This document shows, piece by piece, positions 46,723 to 57,493 of a stretch of 64,000 bases of DNA. Numbering within the stretch: position 1 is the stretch's first letter; every line of letters begins with the position of its first letter. The notes below the pieces were generated by a model that was not told where the DNA came from, did no database searches, and worked only from the letters and a program-made list of their open reading frames with translations. This DNA is from Auanema rhodensis. Taxonomy: Eukaryota; Animalia; Nematoda. Where the stretch lies: contig OZ059896.1 in the NCBI GenBank assembly GCA_964057225.1, forward strand, positions 12,772,001 to 12,836,000, in the 5' to 3' direction. The translations under genes were made by a program, and so were the position numbers.

Positions 46723-48113
46723 ATTTTTATCTTGATTTCTTGACTATTTTCTCTTATATTTCTTTATTTTCAATACAATTCATTGAATCTGAATTCTCTT
46801 ATATCTCTAAACCATCTACTCCATGTCTTAACACAATACGGTGGGGCCAACAACGTTTAAAAGGGAACAGATGCAAGGACCACTCCTTTTGGAGATGGAT
46901 ATTTTATATTTTTTGAAACTGAAGTTACGTTTTCCCGTTTGTTCACAATTTTCTGTCTGTCTGAACCCAACAATTTTTATATCCTTGCTGTTAACATCGA
47001 ATACTCTGTTACCCGAACTCGAAGCATTTTTGAGGACCCTAGGATGAATTAGTGAACAAATTCACCCAAGGATAATTTTTTTTTGAGATTTATGCCCACA
47101 CTTTCTTCTTTTAAGGATTGATTTTGGCTTCGAGGAAAGAATAGCCACGGTTATTTCTTTGTTTTTGTGGATGAAACAATTTTGCGCACCAAATTGAGAT
47201 TATTTCATATTTTGCGATCAGGACTATTTTATTTTGCGTTACATTTCTGTTCAGACAACTTTTTGCCATTAACATCCAAAAATATTTTGATAACACATTG
47301 AATTTGCACGGGAAACCTCACCTAAATGGGAGGAATATTATGAAAAGTGAATTTTAAGATCGCTATAGTCCGAAAAATCCTGTACAATTTTACGAACTGA
47401 ATTATTATTAGTGATTGTCTATCAGGTCGTGTTGGCTTAAGCATATCAGTTTGGATTTTCTCCCCTTACTATATGTCACCTTCCTCATACCGTTATTGTT
47501 GTTTTGAAGCATAAGACTCATTCCTAAACACCATAATTCTTTAAATATAGTTATTGTAATCTTTAGTCATCTATTCCTAGCCATAATTTTAAAACTAGAT
47601 TTCTGATCATGATGGGACTACGGTACTCATTCGTTTTCCAAATTGCTTCCTTAAAGAGTAATGCTATTACGAATGTACATTATGAAAACCGCTAAAATCC
47701 TTTGAACATTTACCAAAGTCCATTTTCGTGGCATTTTCGATCACTCGTGAGTCCAAAAAGATCAGAATCGTCAGAAAAAGAAAAAAAAATGGGAATAAGG
47801 ACTAATGAGATTGCTCAGGCATCAATCAAGTGAGCACTGAACATTTTTGAACATATACAAACTGGTTGAATTATATACATTTAAGAATATTAAATTGGGA
47901 AGCGAACAAAGTCCAAATTTTCATACGGTAGTAGGCGGATCTCTGTTGATGGCCACAACTTAGATTCATTCCTCAACGCCGTTATACAAACCAGTTACTC
48001 ACAGCTTTCTCACCCCTTTTCCAAAACTCCTTATCCATAACATTCATTAACGTCTCAAAATCCCCCACGTTACTAAACACTCAAGGTTTTTCCAAACCAA
48101 GAGCGCTACCAAA

Positions 48114-51100
48114 GTGGATAAGCGATTCCGATCAGCTGTACCTCTCAGTACACGAACTGATTTTGATCTGCGAGACTCAGCTCCACTCACCAGAAGCCGA
48201 GCTCGCGCACAAAGCATCGCTATAATCGAAGACGAGCAGAAAGCCGAGCACAAAACCGACAAATTCTTTACTCCTCGTGCAGGCACTTATTCACCTACTG
48301 AACGATTAAGCGACGAGGATTGCGTACCACCAGGAGGAGAAGAAACATCCGTCATAGTGGAAGAACAAACACCAGTTACTGCTAAAAAGGTACGCTCCTC
48401 TACTTCAAATAAAAAGAAGAAAAAAAAAAATAAAAACTCAAGCAAATCGGACGCATCTCTCTCTCTGTCCATCCCTGAACCAACAGTTTCACCTTCAGTA
48501 GCCACTACTAGTGCAGGCGGTTTACAAACTTTTAAAAACATAGTTTCTGATCTCTTCAATCGTTCACCAAAAGATCGAAACTTGAACACCAGCCACACGA
48601 ACAGATACTCGTCGGTTCCAAACATTAATTTATCTCCCATACAACCACCCGAACATACACATCTTGCTATTACTGATAACCAAACTTCAACCCCAATTTT
48701 ACCAAATACAACAACAGGAAGTTCAAAAGCACCAAACCAACCCAGCCGCTCAGTACACACAACCCCTGTATCTGAGAACTCATTAACAACAGGCAGAGTG
48801 ATAAAAATGCCATCTGCCCGTACAAGTAATATGGCAACTGAACCCTCTTTACCTGGGGCAGGGAAAACTACCATAGCGCAAGCCTTGTTATCACCCTACT
48901 GCCCAACTTATGATGGCAGTCGCAACTTTCGAGATTTCACGGCTAAATTCAACCTATTTGCCAACGCTGTAGGTCTGGTAATCCCGGAGAGATTAGCCCT
49001 TCTACCTTTGCTTCTTAAAAACGAAGCAGCGGAAGAAGCGTACAGGCAAGTACCTGAACAATTAAAAACCACCGGTTCATGGAATGACCTGTTAAGAGCT
49101 TTAACATCTAAGCTTTGTCCTGAATATAATCAGGATCCAGCGCTGATCAATCTCCAAAATACAACCCAAGGTGATCTGACAATTGACGCTTACGCTCAAT
49201 CACTGAGAACGATTGCACTAAGCGCTTTTTCCACGGATGACCCTCACAAAGATCACATATTAAGATCAACTTTTCTTAGAGGACTGAAAAATACTCTGAA
49301 ACCAGCTGTGATTCGAGCGAAGCCAAAATCCTTCACGGATGCGATTGAGGCCGCTCGCTGGGAAGAATCGGTAATGAACCAGACAACAGACACGCAGTCC
49401 ATGCTAGTCAATGCTGTAAACAAAGCACTAGCTCCTTTCGCGCGCACAAACGAGAGACGAGATAACCGAAATTTCGACCGTAATTATCCACGTGATAACC
49501 AAAACAATAAAAATTATCATAATTATCAAAATTATCAGAAAAATAAAAACTTTTCAAAATATAATAACAACCAAAATCGTAACGGCTCTTTTGCTAATTA
49601 TCGCCGTAACAATAATTATGAACGAAATTCGGGACGATTTAATAACAACTGGCATTCAAACAATTTTAATCCTTCAAACAATAATAGAAGAGGAAGGACT
49701 AATGAACATAACGGACAAAGAAGAGTCCATTTTAACAATCAAAGAGATCAATCAAGAGGACGAGATAGAAGCACACCACGAATTAACTCTGTGACCCTTT
49801 CACCGTTATCACTAACGGTTGTAATGGCAATCACAGTAGCAATTCTCCTGCCATGTGTAACTTCATATCAAATTTGCACAAAAGCAACTGGAGGAGCCTT
49901 ATTAGTTCCACCAGTAGTAAAGAAATGTAAATTAACAGAAACAAATCATGTGCTACGTACACAAATCCATCTATACACGCGAAACCACACGGCACACGAG
50001 TGGGACGCGTGGCGCTGCTCGAAGGAAGTACACAAGCTGTGTGTACGCGATTTGTTATTCCTCCGCGACACAAACAGAACAATCGATAGGGTGCAGCCTA
50101 TAGCGGCGCACGAGTGCAGGCAGGCGATTCGCGATCGCAAATGGAATAACATGGAGCTGGAGAGAATCGATAGTATAGCACAAGCAACCCCAGAGCCCTC
50201 CTATGATCCGGCGCGCGCGTTTAGCCGCGACGAGTGCGAGGAGAGGCCGCGTTTAGTACTAGAGCGCGGAGTCATGACCCGCATGCCCGATGATACAATA
50301 TTATCCAATTTAATACTAAACACTGAAGGTTGTAGTGCTCATCATGGTAATTGCAAATCAAATACATCAATAATTATATGGGATCCCCAAACATCGGATT
50401 CCCGTTGTAATTATATCGATATGCATTACTACGATGCTATAATAAGCAAAGAAACCATTTTGATTCCAAGTACACAATCAGCGCTTATCCTTTCGAGTAA
50501 AATAACACCAAAACCAATTGCATCCTGCTTTAGACAACCAGCATTCCATACAACATCAGGAAATTATATAACGTTCCCCAAATATCCTAATGATAACAAT
50601 ATCACACTCCTAATTGAACGAGAATTTGAGAAATTGCCGTTCAAAAGACCTAAACGCGCAACTTCTACAAAATGCTCATTCCCATTCGATCAGGATAGAA
50701 TAAATGAAGTTGAAGATTTTGAAACGTACACGCTTCGAATTTGCCCATATCCATTTTTAAGACCACTTATGAGTAATCCAGGAATTACACAAATTATTCC
50801 TCTAATTAAAGGAAGACGTATGGTAGACCCTACATATTCCTTGAAAGAATGGATAATAGCCCATCGTGAAAATTTTGAATTTTTCTTTAAAATTCAAATT
50901 TATGAGAAATCTTTAAGACATTTTCTCAAACAATATGATTTCCGTGATAAAGACGAAGCCATTTTACAATATGTTGCTCAAAGAGAATTAGCTTTAGCTA
51001 CTAAAGCTGGAATATCTTATTTAACATCCAGGCAACTTCTTCAACAAATATCAGATCGTTTGACCGTTATTGAATTTGATCGGTTAATTCGTACAAAAGA

Positions 51101-54100
51101 AGGCACTTATCGAGAGCGTGCTGAAACTATTGCTCTTGATTTAGCCAATACACCAGTTATAATTGAAGACAAATTAACAGTTCCATCAAGACAAGAAATA
51201 TTAAAAGCATTCGTAAAAATGCCACCAATAAGGAAACAATTATTAACTGATCAAGAAGAAAGAAACAGTAAATTTATAAAAGATACAATTGACCTTGTAC
51301 ATGAGCTAAAAACTCTCGTTACGCTTAGAAGAAATAAAACAGCAGCTGATATTGATAACATAAAATTTATAAACCTTCCATCTTCACGAATGTTTGTACT
51401 TGATACTGATAAATTGTTCTATGACATCAAGAATAATTTTGGAATACCAATTGGACCACATCCCAAGCTCATAGAGCCCAACAACATCTCTAAGGACTTA
51501 TTATTGGAAATATTTTTACCACTACTAAACGATAATACTTTGCCTAATACATCTAGTAGAATATCATCAGAACAGTTAAAAAGATTAATGACAGAGAAAA
51601 TCCAACTTAAATCGTTGCAAACCACGACGCGTGCGCCAAGCAACGCGGCAGGCGGCGCGGCCGAGATGGCAGCCCTCTCTATAATCGATCGTGAGGCGCT
51701 GATCACAACAGATCCCGCAATACTGCCGCAAACATCTACAAGCCCTCGGGCAGCCGCAGCAACTACCGCGCGCGCGCCTTCATCGATGGCCCAGCCCGAA
51801 ACAACGGCGCGCCATACAACCGCAACGACAACCGCGCGCGCAACAATATCGACCCGCGCGCCGCCAACTACTATTCTCTACGCTGTTTATCAAGATCAAC
51901 AAATTCCAATAATGGAAGAAACAACATATACACCAATATCCTTGATTCGTAAACATAGAGCATCATCAACACCTACAGCCACCGATATAGAGTCTGTACA
52001 GGCTAATGCTCAATACATTGCCACAAAAATTGACTCCGAACAACAGTTTCGCCAAAACATAACAAGCAGAATTGCACAAGATCATTTGCAATATGCTACA
52101 ACTATGATTCAAGAAGAACTGCAGAAACATTTTAAAGAGTCATACGAATCAATATGTGAGATCCAAAATAGGTATCTTGAATTATGGAGATCAATTTTAC
52201 AAATTGAACCAACAATAGCTATGCGTACAATACTGGGAAGAGAAGATATAGCCGCAAGATTTGTAGGCAGCGAGATATTACATATACATGTTTGCCCGGT
52301 AGTATTACAAAAGACTATATATCACAATCACACCGTGAATGGCACATGTTATCTCGAAACCCCAGTATTAACACAAGAAGGACAATTACTGTTTGCCGCA
52401 CCAGGATCGAAAGACCTATTACCTCATGGTAAAGAAATTAACTGTGATCACGTACCAACAGACGTATGGTCAACAGACGGTGAATGGAAAGGAATTAATG
52501 GTACTGTAGACGTCAGTCTCATATCCATGTGGGACGGACTTCATCATGAAAAGATCACACCATTAAAATTCACCGGAGCACACTTATACACCAACTTATC
52601 ATCTCGAGTGTACTCAATGACAACAGCCATTGCTTATGGTGCTAGTTTAGCATCGATTCGTCAAAATCACGTGCTTCACACAATTCATCATGATCCAAAA
52701 ATATCATCAGCATTCAGCATATTGAAGAAAAGTAGTGATTACATCTCCAAAGCCAATGAATTCACCAAAAGTACATGGAATTCTTTTGTCGATACAATAG
52801 CAGGAACGATTGAACGAACACTCATCACTATTGGAGCAATTACAATTATTGTAGTTATACTGATCGTACTAGCCTTTGTTGCGAAAATATATTTCTTCAA
52901 ACCAATAGGCATGCAAGTTATGCATATCGAACTCCGAGATCAAACCAACGATCTTCCCACATATGAAGAAACATTAGAGCTAGTAAGTCAACCTGATCAG
53001 CCAATACCAAGGAACATAATGAAACAGTACTATCCATCGTTTCTCACTTTAGTTCCACTAGCTATGCCCATAGTATGTTCAGTTTCCAATCGCAAAGACC
53101 AATCTCTACCACTGCTATTGATGACTGTTAACGATAGACTAATCCTAACTCTTTGGGATTCAGGATCATCGATTAGTTATATCAGACTCTCGACATTACA
53201 TTACTTAACTTTGAATGATTTTGTAAAAAAGGATAAATCAGTTGCAACGACAGCAAACGGATCAGCATTTCGATTTCTGGGAACAATTGATTTAACCGTA
53301 GAAATCGCTGGATATGAAATAGATCATACATTCTTCATTTCAAGAGATGAAGACTGTCCATCACCAGCATTAATTGGATTAGATTTTATGAAAACACTCG
53401 ATCGTCAAAATATCGGTATGAAACTTCGACCATTCAAACAAACGTTAGAAATCGGAAACCGCGTAGTACCGTTAGCCAATGGAAATAACGGGAATATCAG
53501 AAAAACATCATTTGTCATTAATTTGATAAATTTAAGTCCACAATGTATCTTTCCTCATCAGACCTGTAGAATACCAGTAAGGTTAGCTGAACCCATATCA
53601 CACAACGAAGTCGCCATGCTACAACCCGATGAAGAAAAGACGATATCTACCACCTACGAAACAGCATTTCGAGACGTCAATTCAATTACCATGACATTCA
53701 AAAACAACACTGATCATCCTATAGATCTATCACCCGGAAACATTATTGACAAAGCAAAAATAGGCGTACTGCCACAATACGAGATCTTTACGACCGAACA
53801 CAATCCAGACTATATACCACCCGAAGCGGATTGGGAAAATAAATTACCTCATTTTCCTCAGGATTTTATGAACGATCTTGATTTAAAAGACGCCGACCTA
53901 ACTAAAGAACAAAAAGATCTTCTTCAGCTTTGTATTCTACGTAATAGAGATGCATTTTTAAATGAGGATAAACAAATAGGACTATTTAAAGGACCTGTAG
54001 AGCATTCAATACCTCTAAGAACAGATATGGACATGCCTAGACCGCGTATAACGCGTATCCCTATAGGCAAACAAGAAGAAGTCGAAAGACAGGTACAGGA

Positions 54101-56798
54101 GATGCTGAAGCAAAATATAATTGAACCATCCACATCTCTTTTCAATAGCCCTGTAGTTTTAGTCAAAAAGAAAGATGAAACATTCCGTTTCGTAACCGAT
54201 TTCCGTGCTCTAAATAACGTCACTCGCAAGCAAACGTACATCATACCTAACATCTCTGACATTGTCGATATGGCAGCCGGATCACAATATTTTTCTAACT
54301 TTGATTTAGTATCCGGATTCTTCCAAATAGCATTAAAGAAATCAGATCGACCATTAACAGCATTTACAACAAACACCGGTACTTATCAATATAGAAGGAT
54401 GCCTATGGGGTTATGTGGAGCGCCACATACCTTTCAAACAGCAGTACGATACCTTCAAAGCCGATGTAAATGCCGACTCTTTGTTTATTTGGATGATTTA
54501 CTCGTTATATCAGACACTGCAGAACAACATCTTGACGATATAGCTGAGATTCTCAGAGAAGTAAAGAAATTAGGCATGAAAATAAAACTCAAGAAATGCG
54601 CTTTTGCAAGACCTGAAGTAAAATTTCTTGGTTTAATTGTCGGAAGAGATGGGGTCAAACCAGATCCACAGAAAGTATCCGCCATTCAAGACTATCCTGC
54701 TCCAAAGTCACCTACAGGAGTAAGAGCATTTTTGGGAATGGTAGGATTCTTTCGGAAATTTATTAAGGATTTTGCACACATCGCAAGCCCTTTATACGAC
54801 CTTACAAAACTTGATGTGGAATTTCAATGGAATGACAGAAGTCAACAAGCTGTTGATACACTAAAAAGAAAATTGATCCAAGCACCGGTCTTAAAACCAC
54901 CAAGATCAGACCGTATGTTCATTATAGAAAGTGACGGTAGTAATATCGCAGTGGGAGCAGTGTTATTACAACCTGAAGATCCCAATGAACCACTCAAAAA
55001 TTTACATCCAATTGCATTTGCAAGCCGTAAACTTGTAAAAGCAGAACGTAACTATGCTCCTATTGAAATAGAAGCGTTAGGACTCGTATACGCTTTAGCT
55101 CAGTTTCGAACATATATACTTGGATCACATACAATCTGTATCACAGACCATCGACCATTAACAAGCTTATTGACTCGTAGAGACCTTTTTGGAAGACTAG
55201 CAAAATTTCAATTAGTCATACAGGAATACGATATCGAGATAAGATACCGAGAAGGCAGACTAAACAAAGTCTGTGATGCTCTCTCACGATACATTGGAGA
55301 TGAAGCAAACGATCCTAAACCGGAAAAGAAAAAGAAAACAAAAGAAATTCCGAAAGCTCAAATTAATTTCGTTAATGTACCTGACATTAGAGCAATTCAA
55401 GAGGATACACCTTGGATAAAGAGAACTATCGCCGAAATAGAATACAGAACGAAAAAGAACATGCTTTCTAATGATCGTTATTGTGTTATTGACAACATGT
55501 TATACACAAAACCAAGCAGAAAACGACCACACCCAGCTTTGATTTTACCAAGGGAAAGCGAACTTATCAACAAGGTTATCGAAGAATTTCACGAAGACCC
55601 AGCAATTGGAGCACATCAAGGAATTAACAAAACTAAAGAAGCCATACTACGAAGATTCTGCTGGACAAATATGCAAACGGACATAGCAATTTTTGTGAAA
55701 CAATGCGTTAAATGCGCACAAAGGAAGAAAGATCCTCACGCTATGACCGTTCAGCCTATGGGTCAATTTGAAATACCATCAAAACCATTTGAGAGAATAC
55801 ATATGGATATTATGGGACCATTCCCTACTTCAAAAAGAAACAACAATTATGTCCTAACAATACAAGATTCATTCTCCAAATGGGCGACAACCATCGCTAT
55901 ACCAACAATTGTCACCGATGTCATCATTGATAGATTCCTCAGGAATTTCGTATATATTTTTGGACCACCAAATCGTTTAATAACCGATCGTGGATCTAAT
56001 TTTGTATCAAAGAAATTTGAAGAAATGTGTGAAAAACTTGGCATTAAACACGAGCCAACACTCCCACATCAGAAAAACTCCAATGGACAAGTCGAAAGAC
56101 TACACAGAACGCTAGAAGAAGGATTAACACACTATCTCAACGAAGACGTAACTGATTGGGACATGTATTTACCAAAAATTACTTTTGCGTTAAATACAAT
56201 AACACACGCAACCACAGGAATCTCTCCATACATAGCATTATTCGGAAAAGAAAGTCGTATGAGATTAGACAAAGAATTATTCCCCGAGACATTACAACCA
56301 GAGATCTTGGAAGAAATTGAGAATACCGAATATATCAGAGGAGAAAGAAGAACCATCATTCAAGAAAATCTTGCAAAACATCAAGAAACCGCGAAGAGAA
56401 AACATGATGGACGACAACGAATAGAAGAAAGAGATATCCGAAAAGGAGACCAAGTTATGTTAGCAATTAAAGCGCATAAACCAGGTCAAAAGCTTCGCAA
56501 ATCATATGATGGACCATTTGAAGTCATCAACGTTGAAGGAAACATGGTACAACTCAAGAATCCATTTGGAAAAATTCAAGACGTACACAAAGACAATCTC
56601 AAACTTTTTGAACGCAAAATGGACCATACAATCGCTCAAAACACGCGATCCAATACAACGACTTATGACACGGACGACGACAGCGATATTGAGATCATAA
56701 AAGTCATAAATGGTAACGATAACTATGACTCTACTGAAGAAACAGAACCAGAAGACCCATCGGACCAAAATTGGCTACCACCAAGAAGAAGACGATGA
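48114..56798 (+). CDS. Single polyprotein Gag-signal-Env(gB-like)-TM-PR-RT-RNaseH-IN; true start codon unknown
   Basis: Capsid-like region; signal 49806-49865; KRPKR at 50643; gB-like core 52077-52457; TM 52821-52883; LWDSG at 53151; YLDD at 54486; HHCC/DDE; GPF. Confidence 0.95.
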   Translation: MDKRFRSAVPLSTRTDFDLRDSAPLTRSRARAQSIAIIEDEQKAEHKTDKFFTPRAGTYSPTERLSDEDCVPPGGEETSVIVEEQTPVTAKKVRSSTSNKKKKKKNKNSSKSDASLSLSIPEPTVSPSVATTSAGGLQTFKNIVSDLFNRSPKDRNLNTSHTNRYSSVPNINLSPIQPPEHTHLAITDNQTSTPILPNTTTGSSKAPNQPSRSVHTTPVSENSLTTGRVIKMPSARTSNMATEPSLPGAGKTTIAQALLSPYCPTYDGSRNFRDFTAKFNLFANAVGLVIPERLALLPLLLKNEAAEEAYRQVPEQLKTTGSWNDLLRALTSKLCPEYNQDPALINLQNTTQGDLTIDAYAQSLRTIALSAFSTDDPHKDHILRSTFLRGLKNTLKPAVIRAKPKSFTDAIEAARWEESVMNQTTDTQSMLVNAVNKALAPFARTNERRDNRNFDRNYPRDNQNNKNYHNYQNYQKNKNFSKYNNNQNRNGSFANYRRNNNYERNSGRFNNNWHSNNFNPSNNNRRGRTNEHNGQRRVHFNNQRDQSRGRDRSTPRINSVTLSPLSLTVVMAITVAILLPCVTSYQICTKATGGALLVPPVVKKCKLTETNHVLRTQIHLYTRNHTAHEWDAWRCSKEVHKLCVRDLLFLRDTNRTIDRVQPIAAHECRQAIRDRKWNNMELERIDSIAQATPEPSYDPARAFSRDECEERPRLVLERGVMTRMPDDTILSNLILNTEGCSAHHGNCKSNTSIIIWDPQTSDSRCNYIDMHYYDAIISKETILIPSTQSALILSSKITPKPIASCFRQPAFHTTSGNYITFPKYPNDNNITLLIEREFEKLPFKRPKRATSTKCSFPFDQDRINEVEDFETYTLRICPYPFLRPLMSNPGITQIIPLIKGRRMVDPTYSLKEWIIAHRENFEFFFKIQIYEKSLRHFLKQYDFRDKDEAILQYVAQRELALATKAGISYLTSRQLLQQISDRLTVIEFDRLIRTKEGTYRERAETIALDLANTPVIIEDKLTVPSRQEILKAFVKMPPIRKQLLTDQEERNSKFIKDTIDLVHELKTLVTLRRNKTAADIDNIKFINLPSSRMFVLDTDKLFYDIKNNFGIPIGPHPKLIEPNNISKDLLLEIFLPLLNDNTLPNTSSRISSEQLKRLMTEKIQLKSLQTTTRAPSNAAGGAAEMAALSIIDREALITTDPAILPQTSTSPRAAAATTARAPSSMAQPETTARHTTATTTARATISTRAPPTTILYAVYQDQQIPIMEETTYTPISLIRKHRASSTPTATDIESVQANAQYIATKIDSEQQFRQNITSRIAQDHLQYATTMIQEELQKHFKESYESICEIQNRYLELWRSILQIEPTIAMRTILGREDIAARFVGSEILHIHVCPVVLQKTIYHNHTVNGTCYLETPVLTQEGQLLFAAPGSKDLLPHGKEINCDHVPTDVWSTDGEWKGINGTVDVSLISMWDGLHHEKITPLKFTGAHLYTNLSSRVYSMTTAIAYGASLASIRQNHVLHTIHHDPKISSAFSILKKSSDYISKANEFTKSTWNSFVDTIAGTIERTLITIGAITIIVVILIVLAFVAKIYFFKPIGMQVMHIELRDQTNDLPTYEETLELVSQPDQPIPRNIMKQYYPSFLTLVPLAMPIVCSVSNRKDQSLPLLLMTVNDRLILTLWDSGSSISYIRLSTLHYLTLNDFVKKDKSVATTANGSAFRFLGTIDLTVEIAGYEIDHTFFISRDEDCPSPALIGLDFMKTLDRQNIGMKLRPFKQTLEIGNRVVPLANGNNGNIRKTSFVINLINLSPQCIFPHQTCRIPVRLAEPISHNEVAMLQPDEEKTISTTYETAFRDVNSITMTFKNNTDHPIDLSPGNIIDKAKIGVLPQYEIFTTEHNPDYIPPEADWENKLPHFPQDFMNDLDLKDADLTKEQKDLLQLCILRNRDAFLNEDKQIGLFKGPVEHSIPLRTDMDMPRPRITRIPIGKQEEVERQVQEMLKQNIIEPSTSLFNSPVVLVKKKDETFRFVTDFRALNNVTRKQTYIIPNISDIVDMAAGSQYFSNFDLVSGFFQIALKKSDRPLTAFTTNTGTYQYRRMPMGLCGAPHTFQTAVRYLQSRCKCRLFVYLDDLLVISDTAEQHLDDIAEILREVKKLGMKIKLKKCAFARPEVKFLGLIVGRDGVKPDPQKVSAIQDYPAPKSPTGVRAFLGMVGFFRKFIKDFAHIASPLYDLTKLDVEFQWNDRSQQAVDTLKRKLIQAPVLKPPRSDRMFIIESDGSNIAVGAVLLQPEDPNEPLKNLHPIAFASRKLVKAERNYAPIEIEALGLVYALAQFRTYILGSHTICITDHRPLTSLLTRRDLFGRLAKFQLVIQEYDIEIRYREGRLNKVCDALSRYIGDEANDPKPEKKKKTKEIPKAQINFVNVPDIRAIQEDTPWIKRTIAEIEYRTKKNMLSNDRYCVIDNMLYTKPSRKRPHPALILPRESELINKVIEEFHEDPAIGAHQGINKTKEAILRRFCWTNMQTDIAIFVKQCVKCAQRKKDPHAMTVQPMGQFEIPSKPFERIHMDIMGPFPTSKRNNNYVLTIQDSFSKWATTIAIPTIVTDVIIDRFLRNFVYIFGPPNRLITDRGSNFVSKKFEEMCEKLGIKHEPTLPHQKNSNGQVERLHRTLEEGLTHYLNEDVTDWDMYLPKITFALNTITHATTGISPYIALFGKESRMRLDKELFPETLQPEILEEIENTEYIRGERRTIIQENLAKHQETAKRKHDGRQRIEERDIRKGDQVMLAIKAHKPGQKLRKSYDGPFEVINVEGNMVQLKNPFGKIQDVHKDNLKLFERKMDHTIAQNTRSNTTTYDTDDDSDIEIIKVINGNDNYDSTEETEPEDPSDQNWLPPRRRR

Positions 56799-57493
56799 AA
56801 GAAATAATTTCGAGATTGATAAAATTATTGTAAAACCTTGTATCAACTCTCTTTTAAAAAACCAGAGCTATTCATATTATTATATCATTGAAAAACTTGA
56901 GTAAGACGAGATGTAAGCTAATAATCAAAAAGCATTTCAGTTTCAAAGCATATATAATTATAAAACTTCATCAATTTCAAATAATTTCCCGTAAATAACG
57001 AAGAAATGAAAGATAAGAGACATTATATTGCATATTCATCTGAGCAACAGTCCTTATCAAGTAGTTAATGATTCAATTCCGGAAATTATATGGGATTTAG
57101 TTTAATTTTTTTTATTATTACAATTCGCTTTGAATACGCTGAAGAAACATGCTAGCTCCATCGATAATATAGCATGACTCTCGTTTCTCTATACTCAAAC
57201 AAGTTAGACATGAAGCGTCGTGCCTAAAAAGCTATTTTGCGCACTCTCGCTGACAAAATATAGCCTTGGTATTCTAAAAGATTGTTTTATTACTTAATAT
57301 TCATGTATTTTCAAATAATTTTTATTGAATTCTTTTCAGATACTATTGTTTAACATTATATTGTAATTTATCTTTACTATTTTTATGTTAACATTGTAAT
57401 TTTTATTTTTAAAACTAAACCTTCTGCTACGATTGAAACAAGCCACATATTTTGCTATTCGCGGGGACGCGACATAAACTCGAAAAAATGGCA

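Noticed and set aside
48847-48890. Walker A-like LPGAGKTTIAQAL in Gag (LPGAGKST in A)
   Set aside because: Lacks the first Gly and the preceding hydrophobic strand, has no Walker B, is absent in B and E, and runs straight into the capsid-like domain.
49866-52883. Integrated herpesvirus or rhabdovirus fragment
   Set aside because: The glycoprotein is in frame within a retroelement polyprotein in four copies, and no other herpesvirus or rhabdovirus genes are present.
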